A stretch of DNA of 64,000 bases from an uncultured Gammaproteobacteria bacterium. Lineage in GTDB: Bacteria > Patescibacteriota > Microgenomatia > Woykebacterales > RBG-16-39-9b. The stretch lies in the NCBI GenBank assembly GCA_965231125.1, contig OZ246414.1, positions 145,739 through 209,738 of the forward strand, read 5' to 3'. Below are positions 23,675 to 34,017 of the stretch, one piece after another; positions within the stretch are counted from its first letter, which is position 1, and every line of letters starts with the position of its first letter. Under the pieces are notes generated by a model. That model was given only the letters and a program-made list of their open reading frames with translations, had not been told where the DNA came from and did not search any database. The translations under genes were made by a program, and so were the position numbers.

Positions 23675-25573
23675 TCAAAATCTAATTGGGATAATTAATT
23701 CTTCTGGTATGTCTAAGACAAAGCGGGACAGTACCCCTTCGGTTCTTGCACCAAAATACAGCCGCCTTTGCGCAAAGGTAAGGTACAGTTGGTCTTTCGC
23801 TCGGGTAATTCCCACGTAACAAAGCCTTCTCTCTTCCTCAAGTTCGCTGGTATCAGTTAGAGACCGACTGTGAGGGAAAAGCCCTTCTTCCAAACCAACC
23901 ATAAAAACTACCGGAAATTCCAAACCCTTGGCAGCGTGAAAAGTCATGAGGGACAAGGCGTCTTTTTTGCCGCTATTAACGGAGGGTGAGTTTTCAGGAA
24001 GATATTCTCTTTCCACCAGCGCAACGTTTTCTAGAAAGTCACTGATATTTGGTAATTCCGCCGCGACACTGCGAAGCTCCTTAACGTTTTCTATTCTTGA
24101 CACCGCTTCGACAGTGCCGTCATCTAAAAACTCCAAGTACTTTGTTTGGGCCAGTATAGTGTCAATAACCTCAATGGTCGGCAAGTTTTCCGCCGCCCCC
24201 CTTAAATTTTTAATGAGGCTTTGAAACTCCCGAACCTTCTGGTTTTCGGGGTCTTTTAGAGCCGCCGGTCCAATACCACGCGGTGGGACATTAACAATAC
24301 GTTTAAAACTGACCTGATCAGCAGGGTTAACTATTAAACGCAAGTACGAAATCACGTCTTTTACCTCCCTTCTTTCGTAAAACCGAGTCCCGCCAACTAA
24401 TATGTAGGGAAGACCTTCGCGCAAAAGAGCTTCTTCTACAGGTCGGCTTTGGGCGTTGGTTCTGTACAAAACGGCGAAGTCGGAAAGAGTAAAATCCTGA
24501 TTGGTGTTGATTAGCTTTGCGATTGTTCTAATAACAAAATCGGCTTCTTCCACCTCGTCTTTAGCCTCATAAAGAATTATGGGGATTCCTTCTTGGTTCT
24601 CCGTCCAGAGGTTTAACACTGGGTGGGAGCGGTTTTTTGAGATTATGGAAGTAGCCGCCGAGAGAATTTTTTTAGTGCTGCGGTAATTTTGTTCGAGATT
24701 AAAGACCTTTCCTTCTGGAAAATCATTAGAAAAATTTAAGATATTGCGAAAATCCGCTCCTCGAAACCCATAGACTGCTTGGGAAACGTCCCCGACGATA
24801 AACAAATTACGGTTTTTTTGAGCTAGCATCTTTGAAAAAACGTACTGAGCTTTATTAGTATCTTGGTACTCGTCTACCAAAATGTACTTCCATTTTTCTT
24901 GATATTTTTCCAAGACTTCTGGATAGTTTTGAAATAAAGTTACAGTTTGGAAAATTAAATCTTCAAAATCCAAAGCTTGGTTTTTGTGTAAAGATTTTTG
25001 GTACTCGGTATAGGTTTTGGCAACCACTTCTTGAAAATAACCTCTGGCAAAGCCTTGGTAATCGACTGGTCCGATCAGTTCGTTTTTTGCTCCTTCTATC
25101 GAGCCTTTGATTGACGAAGGGAAAAATTTTTTAGGATTTATATTGAGATTCTTCATAACATCCTTTACCAGACGGAGACTATCGTCATCGTCAAAAATTG
25201 TGAAATTTGGAGAAATACCAATAAAGCCGCCCGAGGAGCGGAGAATCCTAGCGCAGATTGAGTGGAAAGTACCCATGAGTGGTGTCATTAAGTTATTAGG
25301 TTGTCGAGTTCTTTGGTTGACTAATTTCCCAGAAACCGAAGCACCCAATAACCGACCAACCCGTTCCTTCATTTCATTTGCCGCTTTGTTGGTGAAGGTT
25401 ACAGCCAAAATTTCCGTTGGCGCGACTTTTAATTCTTCAATAAGAAAGGCAATTCGGTGGGCAATAACCCGAGTTTTACCGGATCCAGGTCCAGCCAAAA
25501 CAAGAGTCGGCCCGTCTAAATACTCGACAGCATTTTTCTGATCTGGGTTTAGATCTTTTAAAATCGTACTCAT
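23675..25573 (-). CDS. uvrD: ATP-dependent DNA helicase UvrD/PcrA
   Basis: 632 aa with GPGSGKT Walker A, DEYQDT, and the complete SF1 motif set. Confidence 0.85.
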   Translation of the reverse strand: MSTILKDLNPDQKNAVEYLDGPTLVLAGPGSGKTRVIAHRIAFLIEELKVAPTEILAVTFTNKAANEMKERVGRLLGASVSGKLVNQRTRQPNNLMTPLMGTFHSICARILRSSGGFIGISPNFTIFDDDDSLRLVKDVMKNLNINPKKFFPSSIKGSIEGAKNELIGPVDYQGFARGYFQEVVAKTYTEYQKSLHKNQALDFEDLIFQTVTLFQNYPEVLEKYQEKWKYILVDEYQDTNKAQYVFSKMLAQKNRNLFIVGDVSQAVYGFRGADFRNILNFSNDFPEGKVFNLEQNYRSTKKILSAATSIISKNRSHPVLNLWTENQEGIPIILYEAKDEVEEADFVIRTIAKLINTNQDFTLSDFAVLYRTNAQSRPVEEALLREGLPYILVGGTRFYERREVKDVISYLRLIVNPADQVSFKRIVNVPPRGIGPAALKDPENQKVREFQSLIKNLRGAAENLPTIEVIDTILAQTKYLEFLDDGTVEAVSRIENVKELRSVAAELPNISDFLENVALVEREYLPENSPSVNSGKKDALSLMTFHAAKGLEFPVVFMVGLEEGLFPHSRSLTDTSELEEERRLCYVGITRAKDQLYLTFAQRRLYFGARTEGVLSRFVLDIPEELIIPIRF

Positions 25574-25658
25574 AACCTAACTATCTTATCACACTAAATT
25601 GAACCTGGGGTTTGGAGATACCAAGCAAAATTATGATATACTATTTAACGGAGGAAAT

Positions 25659-25922
25659 ATGATTGAAGTAATTGATTTTTATGCAGATTGGTGCGGTCCC
25701 TGTATTGTCATGAAGCCGGTTATTGAAGAGCTGGAAAAAGAACTAGCCGGGAAAGTAAAATTTACTGGGATTGATGTCGATAAAGATCAGGAAACTTCCG
25801 GCAAATACGGTGTAATGAGTATCCCCACTTATATAGTTCTTCAAAATGATGAAGAAAAGGACCGGATTGTCGGTGCTACTAGTAAAGAAGAACTTTCCTC
25901 CAAGATAAAATCTTACCTATGA
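25659..25922 (+). CDS. trxA: thioredoxin
   Basis: WCGPC active site. GGAGG SD before the ATG at 25659. The longer ORF from 25599 lacks an SD. Confidence 0.8.
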   Translation: MIEVIDFYADWCGPCIVMKPVIEELEKELAGKVKFTGIDVDKDQETSGKYGVMSIPTYIVLQNDEEKDRIVGATSKEELSSKIKSYL

Positions 25923-26923
25923 AATCAGTAAAGGAGGCAGACGTCTCAGGAAAACGAGCCCTCGTCCGTTGTGATTTTGACGATCCTACCGAAGATGGTA
26001 GGCTTGTCGAAGAGACAAGAATAAAAAGCAATCTACCGACACTAAAGTATTTGCGAGAAAAGGGAGCAAGTCTTTTTCTCGTCTCCAAGCTCGGCCGTCC
26101 CCAAGGTAAAGACCCAAAATTAAGTTTGAGAATAGTTTTAGGGGTCCTCGAAAAATATTTGGGTGAGGAGGTCGCCTTTAAAGAAGACCTTAAAAAGGAA
26201 ACACTTGGCACCGTAACCCTTCTGGAAAACATCCGGTTTTGGCCAGAAGAAGAGGCAGGCGACACAGAGTTTAGCAAGACTTTAGCCTCTTTTGGCGACC
26301 TGTACGTCAACGAGTGTTTTGCTACTTCTCATCGGGGCGATGCTTCTTTTATAGGGATCCCAAGATTTCTCCCAGCCTACGCCGGGCTAAATTTAGTAAG
26401 AGAAGTTGAGGAATTAAGTAGGGTTTTAAAAAATCCGGAGAAACCACTGGTTGTGATAATCGGAGGAGCGAAACTGGAAACAAAGCTACCAGCCATTAAT
26501 AATATAGCCGTTGTTGCTGATAAAGTGTTGGTGGGCGGAAGATTAATGTTTGAAATAGGTGGGCAAACACTACCCCGAAATGTTATCGTTGCGCCTGATG
26601 ATGTAGACCAAAAGGATATTGGCCCAAAGTCTGTCGAAGTCTTCAAAACCATTATTAATACGGCCGCGACTTTATTGTGGAATGGGCCAATGGGAGTTGT
26701 TGAGGTTGAAAAGTATTTGGAGGGTACTGAAAAGATTGGGCAGGCGGTGGCTTTTAGTACAGCTTATAAAATTGTTGGTGGTGGAGATACAATTGCTGCT
26801 TTAGGCAAGCTTGGATTGCTTGATAAAATAGATTATATTTCCACTGGTGGTGGGGCGATGCTTGAGTTCCTTGCTGGAAAAAAATTGCCTGGTTTGGTAG
26901 CTTTGGGGTATTATAATGCTTAA
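25919..26923 (+). CDS. pgk: phosphoglycerate kinase (compact)
   Basis: Motifs LVRCDFDDP, SKLGRP, ENIRF, IIGGAK, VGGGDT, STGGGA. Confidence 0.85.
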   Translation: MKSVKEADVSGKRALVRCDFDDPTEDGRLVEETRIKSNLPTLKYLREKGASLFLVSKLGRPQGKDPKLSLRIVLGVLEKYLGEEVAFKEDLKKETLGTVTLLENIRFWPEEEAGDTEFSKTLASFGDLYVNECFATSHRGDASFIGIPRFLPAYAGLNLVREVEELSRVLKNPEKPLVVIIGGAKLETKLPAINNIAVVADKVLVGGRLMFEIGGQTLPRNVIVAPDDVDQKDIGPKSVEVFKTIINTAATLLWNGPMGVVEVEKYLEGTEKIGQAVAFSTAYKIVGGGDTIAALGKLGLLDKIDYISTGGGAMLEFLAGKKLPGLVALGYYNA

Positions 26924-27458
26924 AAAATGGAAGATTCTCGAATCGAAAGAAATTTTTTCTTCCGCATTTATCACCCTTCGGCAAGAAAAATTGGAAAGGG
27001 GCGATGGGAAAATTATCGAGCCTTACTATGCTATCGAACGCCCGGATGTAGTTTACATAATAGCGGTAACTGGGGGGAAAGAAGCGGTCACCGTCTACCA
27101 GTATAAAAACGGAATAAAAGATTTAGTTACGGAGCTGCCGGCCGGATTTGTCGATAAAGATGAAAGTCCGAAGGATGCCGCCAAAAGAGAGCTTCTCGAG
27201 GAAACTGGATATTCAGCCGCCGAATTTATTAGTCTGGGCAACTTTAGATCAAGTTTGGGACTGGCCAGGAACACAGACCATTTTTATTTAGCGACTCACG
27301 CAAGAAAAAGTGCCGACCAGAGCCTGGATGAAAATGAAGAAATTGAGGTAAGAAACTACCCGTTCGACAAGTTGCTTAAAGATATAAAAGAAGGTAAAAG
27401 TTTTCTAGCCGAAGCCCAATCACAACTAGGGATAATACTCTCGGAGAGGTATTTATGA
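26916..27458 (+). CDS. NUDIX hydrolase (ADP-ribose pyrophosphatase-like)
   Basis: Nudix box GFVDKDESPKDAAKRELLEETG. Confidence 0.7.
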   Translation: MLKKWKILESKEIFSSAFITLRQEKLERGDGKIIEPYYAIERPDVVYIIAVTGGKEAVTVYQYKNGIKDLVTELPAGFVDKDESPKDAAKRELLEETGYSAAEFISLGNFRSSLGLARNTDHFYLATHARKSADQSLDENEEIEVRNYPFDKLLKDIKEGKSFLAEAQSQLGIILSERYL

Positions 27459-28171
27459 ACAAAGAGCTGTTTGTAGTCGCAAACTGGAAGGCAACCAAAA
27501 ATATCAAGGAGACGGTCCTCTGGGTTGAGCAGATAAAGGATTATCTGCAGGCAGTTGACTGGGCCCACGTGATTGTTTGCCCGCCCTACACGTCCATCCC
27601 GTTTGTGGCGTCTTTGTTTAAAGACTCGTCTGTAAAAGTGGGTGGGCAAGATGTATCAAGATTTAAAAAAGGAGCCTATACAGGGGAAGTTACCGTCGAG
27701 ATGTTAGACGGTTTAGCTCAGTATTGTATTGTCGGGCATTCGGAGAGACGACGGTATTTTGGCGAGACTAATGAAGCTGTCGTCGAAAAAGTGAAAAATC
27801 TTCTCGAATTTAATATTACTCCGGTGCTCTGTGTAAGTAACTTAGATCAGCTGGACGCGTATACCCAAGAAGGTAGGGTGATATTGGAAGAGGCGGAAAA
27901 AATAGCTTTTGTTTATGAACCACCGAGCGCGATAAGTGGTGGTAAGGATTATCATCCAGAGGAACCTAGCGAGGCTAACAAAAACGCTGGTGAGATAAAG
28001 GAAAAAATTGGCAAAGAGGCAGTGGTAATTTACGGCGGCAGTGTCAATCCAGAAAACGTCTCTACCTTTTGTTCACAAGAAAATATCAGCGGGGTTCTTC
28101 CCGGACAAGCTAGTACCAATCCAGACACTTTTATCTCCTTACTAAAAAGTATAAAATCCGGTAGTTCATAA
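27455..28171 (+). CDS. tpiA: triosephosphate isomerase
   Basis: Motifs ANWK, GHSERRRYFGE, and catalytic-loop-like segment. Confidence 0.85.
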   Translation: MNKELFVVANWKATKNIKETVLWVEQIKDYLQAVDWAHVIVCPPYTSIPFVASLFKDSSVKVGGQDVSRFKKGAYTGEVTVEMLDGLAQYCIVGHSERRRYFGETNEAVVEKVKNLLEFNITPVLCVSNLDQLDAYTQEGRVILEEAEKIAFVYEPPSAISGGKDYHPEEPSEANKNAGEIKEKIGKEAVVIYGGSVNPENVSTFCSQENISGVLPGQASTNPDTFISLLKSIKSGSS

Positions 28172-28176
28172 ATTTT

Positions 28177-29328
28177 ATGAGGTATATAGATTTGGGGGTT
28201 GCGCCCCATAAAAATAAACAGACTAAAAAGAAGAAAATGATAAAGTTTGGTGCCATTTCAATACTTTTGGGAGTAGTTCTTTACGGAAGTTACCTCTTTT
28301 ATTGGCCGCTTTCCCAAATAGTCAGTGAGATTATCCATCACCCCGGATCGGTTCTTTCTTTTATAAAAGATCCTTTGGCCGATTTAGATTCCACTGACGG
28401 CAGAACCAATATACTTTTGCTGGGCATCGATAAAAGAGCGTACGTGCCATTTACCTACAAAGATACCCAAGGTAATGTTCATAAGAATGGATTTTTATCA
28501 GATACAATTATTGTTTTATCTGTCGGTAAAGACACAAAAGATGCCGTCCTGATATCCATTCCAAGAGACACTTGGGTCCAGACACCAGGTTGGGATAGAT
28601 TCCCGGGGACGTGGGGGAAGATAAATTCGGCTTATTCTATAGGTAATAGTTTGGACTACCCAGGTGGGGGGTTGGCACTTTCTGAAAAAGTAGTTTCCCA
28701 GACTCTTGGAATCCCAATTCACTACGCGGCCCGTATCGATTTCGAAGGTTTCAAGAAAACCGTAAATACTCTTGGGGGTATTCAAGTTCAGGTCGCTAAA
28801 AGTTTTGACGATTACCATTATCCAGTTGAAGACGAAGAAGATAAAGTTTGTACTGATAAAACTTTCTCCTGCCGCTATATTCACATCCATTTTAATGCCG
28901 GATTACAAAATATGGATGGGGAGACTGCCTTGGAGTTTGTCCGCTCAAGATCAGGAACAAACGGCGAGGGCAGTGATTTTGCAAGAGCGGCTCGACAACA
29001 AAAAGTTTTGGTCGCTGCTCGTAACAAAGCCTTTTCGGTTCAAAGCTTCTTAAATCCCAGTAGAATAAGTGAACTGTTTAAAAATTTGGGAGAATCTATC
29101 GAAACAGATTTTAGTTTGAACCTGTATCCAGCGGCCTACACTCTTTTGAAAGATGTCGATCTTTCTTCGGTGAAGAAGCTGGTTCTTTCTTCAGACACAG
29201 GCGGGTATTTATACGTACCAAACGCAGCCGATTACGGAGGCGCTTACGTGCTTTTGCCGAGTGGCGATGACTGGACTAAGGTTCAATCAAAAGTAAAAAA
29301 TATGCTTTTCGGGGAGACTAATAAATGA
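28177..29328 (+). CDS. LytR-CpsA-Psr (LCP) family cell-envelope phosphotransferase
   Basis: N-terminal TM. Motifs NILLLGIDKR and ISIPRDTWV. Probable true start at the Met at 28237. Confidence 0.75.
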   Translation: MRYIDLGVAPHKNKQTKKKKMIKFGAISILLGVVLYGSYLFYWPLSQIVSEIIHHPGSVLSFIKDPLADLDSTDGRTNILLLGIDKRAYVPFTYKDTQGNVHKNGFLSDTIIVLSVGKDTKDAVLISIPRDTWVQTPGWDRFPGTWGKINSAYSIGNSLDYPGGGLALSEKVVSQTLGIPIHYAARIDFEGFKKTVNTLGGIQVQVAKSFDDYHYPVEDEEDKVCTDKTFSCRYIHIHFNAGLQNMDGETALEFVRSRSGTNGEGSDFARAARQQKVLVAARNKAFSVQSFLNPSRISELFKNLGESIETDFSLNLYPAAYTLLKDVDLSSVKKLVLSSDTGGYLYVPNAADYGGAYVLLPSGDDWTKVQSKVKNMLFGETNK

Positions 29329-29972
29329 GATATATTATCCACGGTGAAGGGGTTGTAGATTCAAGAAAGTATCTAACTAGTCTCAAGAAACGTTACGAAC
29401 ACAACGTTTTTTTAGACGGGACAAACTTGAGCTTGCAAGCGTTTAATGAGAGGGCCCTAAACCCCTCTTTATTCCCAGGCGAAACTTTATTAGTAATTGA
29501 GAATTTTGACGGTCCAGAGAAAATTTTCTCAGCAAAGGAGGCACTAGATAGTGTTTTTTGGTGGGCAAAAACTTTAGATAAAGTGCCCAACGCCGATAAA
29601 GTTCTTCATTTTAAAGAGACTTCTGCTTTTGGAATTTTTAGATTTGCCGATAGCATCGGGCAAAAAAAGACAAGAGAAGCCCTCATTCTATTGGATAAAT
29701 TGCTGGAAGAGAAAGTTCCGCCGGAAAATATCGTTGGTGTTCTGGTCAGGCAGTTTAAATTAATAGCGCAAGTTTTAGACGGTAAGCTCGCTGAGGTTAG
29801 TAAGAGTGAATTTGTCAGAAAAAAACTTTCCAACCAGGCTCGCAACTGGAATCTTAAGGGGATATTTGGGGCTTTAGCTTTACTTTTTCAAACAGATCTA
29901 AGAATAAAAAAAGGCCAAATAAAACCACAGGTGGCTTTAGTTTTTTTAACCAGCGAGCTTTGTAAAGACTAA
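29325..29972 (+). CDS. possible DNA polymerase III delta subunit-like protein (HolA-like)
   Basis: 215 aa with weak similarity to the HolA C-terminal helical domain. Low confidence. Confidence 0.35.
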   Translation: MRYIIHGEGVVDSRKYLTSLKKRYEHNVFLDGTNLSLQAFNERALNPSLFPGETLLVIENFDGPEKIFSAKEALDSVFWWAKTLDKVPNADKVLHFKETSAFGIFRFADSIGQKKTREALILLDKLLEEKVPPENIVGVLVRQFKLIAQVLDGKLAEVSKSEFVRKKLSNQARNWNLKGIFGALALLFQTDLRIKKGQIKPQVALVFLTSELCKD

Positions 29973-30472
29973 TTTTGTATTTCTTCTCTAATTTCTGATT
30001 GAGCGAAAGGCGAGACAGAAGCTGTTTTTATAGGTTCAAGAATTTTCCCCTCCAAAGAATCAAAATCTGTATTCCCAGAAATGATCTTATAATAGTAGTA
30101 GGTGTTGGGTTTTAAGTTAACAAGAGTTACGGCGTGATTGGTAGTTTTGAGACTATTTATAGTAGAGCCGGACTCTTGGTTATCATACGCTTTGTAAGTT
30201 AAGTTTTCCGGATCTACCCCATAAACTATGTAGCCTTGGGCAAGAGACGAGGTTTTCCAGGCTATTGTGAGCGAACGGTCAGTAACGTTGGATATGCTTA
30301 AAGAGGCAGGTGCCACCTTAGTCGAAGATATGGAGAAAACATCTTTGGCAATGAAAAGAGAAGATATTAAAACTGCCCCAATTAAAAAGAATCCGGCGGT
30401 AGCAAAAAAACCTTCAGACTTCGAGTTTTTTATCGAAGTGTAATATTCAGTTCTTAGGCCCTCTGTTGTCAT
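29969..30472 (-). CDS. membrane-anchored fibronectin type III domain protein
   Basis: N-terminal TM. FN3-like segment SLTIAWKTS...GYIVYG...LKPNTYYYYKI. Confidence 0.5.
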   Translation of the reverse strand: MTTEGLRTEYYTSIKNSKSEGFFATAGFFLIGAVLISSLFIAKDVFSISSTKVAPASLSISNVTDRSLTIAWKTSSLAQGYIVYGVDPENLTYKAYDNQESGSTINSLKTTNHAVTLVNLKPNTYYYYKIISGNTDFDSLEGKILEPIKTASVSPFAQSEIREEIQN

Positions 30473-30498
30473 TTTGGCAGGATCTTACTTCTAAAGAA

Positions 30499-30720
30499 TC
30501 ATTTTGGAGCTTTCTCCAGTTCCTGTAACAGATTTACGTCTATATTCGGGTTCACGGGCGTAATTTGGTCTTGAGTAGCTTGTGGTATCGTGGATTTGAA
30601 AGTGGTTTCGACAAGCACAGTAATAACAATGACGACCAAGGTTATCAATGTAAGTGTCAAGATAGTTATTAGATTCTTTGACATATTTTGTTTATGGCGC
30701 CGCACCGGTGCCCCCCGCAC
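30499..30720 (-). CDS. small membrane protein (possibly starts at Met 30684)
   Basis: Single TM ORF between the pilO-like and FN3 genes. Start overlaps the pilO-like stop. Confidence 0.35.
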   Translation of the reverse strand: MRGAPVRRHKQNMSKNLITILTLTLITLVVIVITVLVETTFKSTIPQATQDQITPVNPNIDVNLLQELEKAPK

Positions 30721-31333
30721 CTTGACTAGGATTCGCCTGAATTCCGGGTTCTAAAGACTCGCCAAGATAATAGGTAGTTGCTTTTATAGTTGCGGAGACA
30801 AGAGATTCCTTACTCGTTATAGCTACTGATGAAAGGTCAGCAGTTCTGACTAAGCTCTCTAGGTCGGCTAAAAATTTTTGGAGGTTTGGATAAGTACCTT
30901 CCACCGTAGCCTCATAATTTACCTGTTTAATTGTTAAGTCGGCCCCATCTCCCGGTATCGATAAAGGTATGCTGGTAAACTGAATACCAGCAAGTTTTAC
31001 TTTGTTACTTCTGGCTATACTTTCTAATTGTCTTAGGTGGTCTTCAGGGTGGCTTCCTGTTGGTAAAGCGGTATCAATAATTTTTAACCTATCTTTCACA
31101 GTATCGTAATTAGATTGAGCTTGATTTAAATTTCCTATTTTATCTATTAGTTTTTGTTCGACTAGCCGTCCGTCGGCAATTTCTTTGTTTAATTTTAATA
31201 TGTGATTAACTGCCAAAAATATTAAAGGTATTAGGATAATTAGAAGAATAAGGGTGAGAATTATATTTAGATAGCTCTTTTGGGTTGGCGTTGCCTTTTC
31301 GTATTGACTGGAAACTTGTTGATAAAAACTCAT
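30692..31333 (-). CDS. type IV pilus assembly protein PilO-like
   Basis: N-terminal TM, coiled coil, C-terminal periplasmic domain. Directly downstream of the pilN-like gene. Confidence 0.5.
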   Translation of the reverse strand: MSFYQQVSSQYEKATPTQKSYLNIILTLILLIILIPLIFLAVNHILKLNKEIADGRLVEQKLIDKIGNLNQAQSNYDTVKDRLKIIDTALPTGSHPEDHLRQLESIARSNKVKLAGIQFTSIPLSIPGDGADLTIKQVNYEATVEGTYPNLQKFLADLESLVRTADLSSVAITSKESLVSATIKATTYYLGESLEPGIQANPSQGAGGTGAAP

Positions 31334-31977
31334 TACTGGCCCGCTCCTTGCGTATTAGAAGCCGTGTTTTCAGTGAAAGCTGCTTGGTTAATTAAAGCTT
31401 TAGCGTCAAATGAAAAATTTGGATTCTTGGCTGCCGGCGAACTTAACTTGCTAATCTCTAACCCAACGATTTTATCCGATTTGTTAAAGGAATTAATAAG
31501 AGTCACTAGTTGAGTTGCTGTTGGGAATTTGCCGCTGAAAGTCAAATTAGTGCCATCTATCTCAAGAGTAGTTAAGGTAGTTCCTTGGGGAAGCAGTTTA
31601 GTGAATTCAGTTAAAACTTGGTTATCGCTAAAATGTGCCGCCCTTAGACTTTTTATATCGTCTATTTTAGTTTGAACAGAGTCGAATTCTTTTTCAAACG
31701 CAGCTTTGGAATCTAGGATTCCTTGATTAGTTTTTATGTTGCTGGCTAGATTATTTTTGTCGATATTAAGTTTTAAACTGAGCAAAAATGCAGCGAGCGC
31801 AATTATCTCAGCGGTGATAATCAGGTAGCGGCCAGTAGTCAAAATCCACGTAATTGTGCTGCCCAGCTGACCACTTATCTCCTCGCGGGGTATTAGGTTT
31901 ATGTTTATTTCTTGTGAGTTTTTTTGGGCAGCGCGAGCCATCGATTTTAGTATATCACCAAGGCTCTTGGTTGACAA
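31333..31977 (-). CDS. type IV pilus assembly protein PilN-like
   Basis: INLIP motif (ININLIPREE) followed by a TM helix, characteristic of PilN. Confidence 0.6.
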   Translation of the reverse strand: MSTKSLGDILKSMARAAQKNSQEININLIPREEISGQLGSTITWILTTGRYLIITAEIIALAAFLLSLKLNIDKNNLASNIKTNQGILDSKAAFEKEFDSVQTKIDDIKSLRAAHFSDNQVLTEFTKLLPQGTTLTTLEIDGTNLTFSGKFPTATQLVTLINSFNKSDKIVGLEISKLSSPAAKNPNFSFDAKALINQAAFTENTASNTQGAGQ

Positions 31978-31985
31978 TCAGCTTA

Positions 31986-32279
31986 TTAGTGGGAACTTTT
32001 TTCTGCCGTCTTTTTGCTCTTTGCAGTTGCCGAGGATTTTTTTGTCCCCGCTAACCTTTTTGCTAAAGAAGATTTTTTCCGCGAAGCTTTATTTTTAGCG
32101 AGAATTCCGTACTTAACCCCTTTGTCCAAGGCGGAATAAGCTTTTTGAACTGTCTCCGGAGATACTTTTATTTCAACTGCCTTTAAGGCTTCTTTTAGCT
32201 GCGACTTGCGTGTCTTGTTCAACAGTCTTCGAGCAGCGTCTTGACGATCCTTTTTAATTGCCGATTTTGTTAGTGGCAT
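31986..32279 (-). CDS. rpsT: 30S ribosomal protein S20
   Basis: Lys/Arg-rich MPLTKSAIKKDRQ... with a KGVKYGILAKNKASRKKS tail. Start chosen at Met 32279. Confidence 0.8.
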   Translation of the reverse strand: MPLTKSAIKKDRQDAARRLLNKTRKSQLKEALKAVEIKVSPETVQKAYSALDKGVKYGILAKNKASRKKSSLAKRLAGTKKSSATAKSKKTAEKSSH

Positions 32280-32341
32280 AAGTTTGCGTATACTAACAGA
32301 TTGTTGAGCAAGCTGCAAGTAATTGCTATACTTAAACTCTC

Positions 32342-34015
32342 ATGGTTCGAAAATTTTTCAAAAACAGCACCTCCATTCTTTTCAAACGTCAAAAAACTCT
32401 CCTTTCTGCCGCCGTCGTTATGATGCTGCTAATGCTTGCGTCAAGAATTTTAGGTCTTGTAAGGAATTGGTTTTTAGCTGGAACTTTTGGTGCTGGTAGC
32501 GCCTTGGATGCGTATAATACTGGCTTTGTTTTACCAGATCTTATAGCAGTTGTTCTCATAAACGGGGCTTTGTCCGTGGCTTTTATTCCGGTATTCACTA
32601 GCTACCTTACTCAGAAGGATGAGGGAGAAGCTTGGGATATGGCCTCAACTATCCTAAATCTATCAATAATAATTTATGCAATCTTTGGTATTTTGATTTT
32701 TTTATTTCCAGCCCAATTAATAAAATTAATTGAGCCAGGTCTTGACCAAAGTACTTTAAGTTTAGCTACCACTGTGACCCGAGTGATTGTGTTTGGAGAG
32801 TTTTTTTTGGTGGTTGGCAGTTTCCTAACCGCCTCTTTGCAAAGCTATCACCGCTTTATTGCTCCGGCTATAGCTCCGGTTGTTTATAATTTAGGTATCA
32901 TTTTTGGAATTGTATTTTTAAGCCCAACCTTTCATATATTTGGGGTCGGGCTTGGTGTGTTGCTCGGGGCACTTTTGCATGTGGTGGTACAATTTCTAAT
33001 TGCCAGAAGGTTAGGTTATAAGTACTCGTTTAAACTAGATCTTAAAAATCCAGGGGTACAGCGGGTCCTAAAACTTTCAGGTCCGCGGGCAATTGCCATT
33101 GGGTTAGCTCAGCTGGAGTGGACGGCCAGCGTCTTTTTGGCGTCACTACTGCCACCAGGTTCTATTGCAATCTTAAAATTTTCGTCTGATATTCAAAACT
33201 TGCCCATCGCTCTTTTCGGATCCACAATTGCAATTGCCTCTTTCCCATCGCTTTCACATGAGTGGGTGGCAGACAAGGCAGAGCAGTTTAAGGAAACATT
33301 TTTAGCCTCTTTTCACCAAATGCTTTACTTAGCAATACCGGCCAGTGTAATTTTCGCGGTGCTCCGAATACCGATAGTTAGGCTTAGTTTGGGAAGTGGT
33401 CTTTTTACTTGGCCGGCAACTGTTGCGACCGCGACAACTATGTCGTATTTTGCGGTCGGAGTGTTTGCTCAAGGAGCGTTTATGCTTTTAATAAGAGCCT
33501 TTTACGCCATGCACGATACGATGACGCCACTAAGGGTGGCTATAGTAAGTTTAATTGCGCACGCCGCTGTCGGTTATACATGTATCGTAATACTTTCTCT
33601 TCCGGTATATTTTCTGGGAATTACCGCCACCGTCTCCGGGACTTTTAGCTTTATCGCGCTTCTTCTCATTTTAGATAGAAAAATAGGTGGGTTTGATCGA
33701 GTAAAACTTATCTTGCCGGTCGTAAAAATTTTAGTTTCCGCTTTGTTTATGGGTATTCTTCTGTACTTACCACTGCACTTTAAGTTTGACGGCAAGTACT
33801 TGATTGATTTTATAATTGATACAAAACGAGCTCTAAACTTGCTTGCTTTGACTTCCTTTGTAGCGGGAGCCGGTTTTGCGGTCTACATTCTTCTGACTTG
33901 GTGGCTTGATTCGGCCGAGCTTAAAAGTTTCTTGGCTCTTATTCCCGACGTTCGAAAACTTAGTAAAATTTTAGTTCTCGAGGAGGCAGTGGAAACTGAC
34001 CCCCACAACTCTTAG
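32342..34015 (+). CDS. murJ: lipid II flippase MurJ (MviN)
   Basis: 557-aa polytopic MOP-superfamily protein with a typical MurJ N-terminal region. Confidence 0.8.
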   Translation: MVRKFFKNSTSILFKRQKTLLSAAVVMMLLMLASRILGLVRNWFLAGTFGAGSALDAYNTGFVLPDLIAVVLINGALSVAFIPVFTSYLTQKDEGEAWDMASTILNLSIIIYAIFGILIFLFPAQLIKLIEPGLDQSTLSLATTVTRVIVFGEFFLVVGSFLTASLQSYHRFIAPAIAPVVYNLGIIFGIVFLSPTFHIFGVGLGVLLGALLHVVVQFLIARRLGYKYSFKLDLKNPGVQRVLKLSGPRAIAIGLAQLEWTASVFLASLLPPGSIAILKFSSDIQNLPIALFGSTIAIASFPSLSHEWVADKAEQFKETFLASFHQMLYLAIPASVIFAVLRIPIVRLSLGSGLFTWPATVATATTMSYFAVGVFAQGAFMLLIRAFYAMHDTMTPLRVAIVSLIAHAAVGYTCIVILSLPVYFLGITATVSGTFSFIALLLILDRKIGGFDRVKLILPVVKILVSALFMGILLYLPLHFKFDGKYLIDFIIDTKRALNLLALTSFVAGAGFAVYILLTWWLDSAELKSFLALIPDVRKLSKILVLEEAVETDPHNS

Positions 34016-34017
34016 TT

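Noticed and set aside
25599-25658. Longer thioredoxin ORF starting at 25599
   Set aside because: No SD. The conserved thioredoxin fold begins at MIEVIDF (25659), which has a GGAGG SD.
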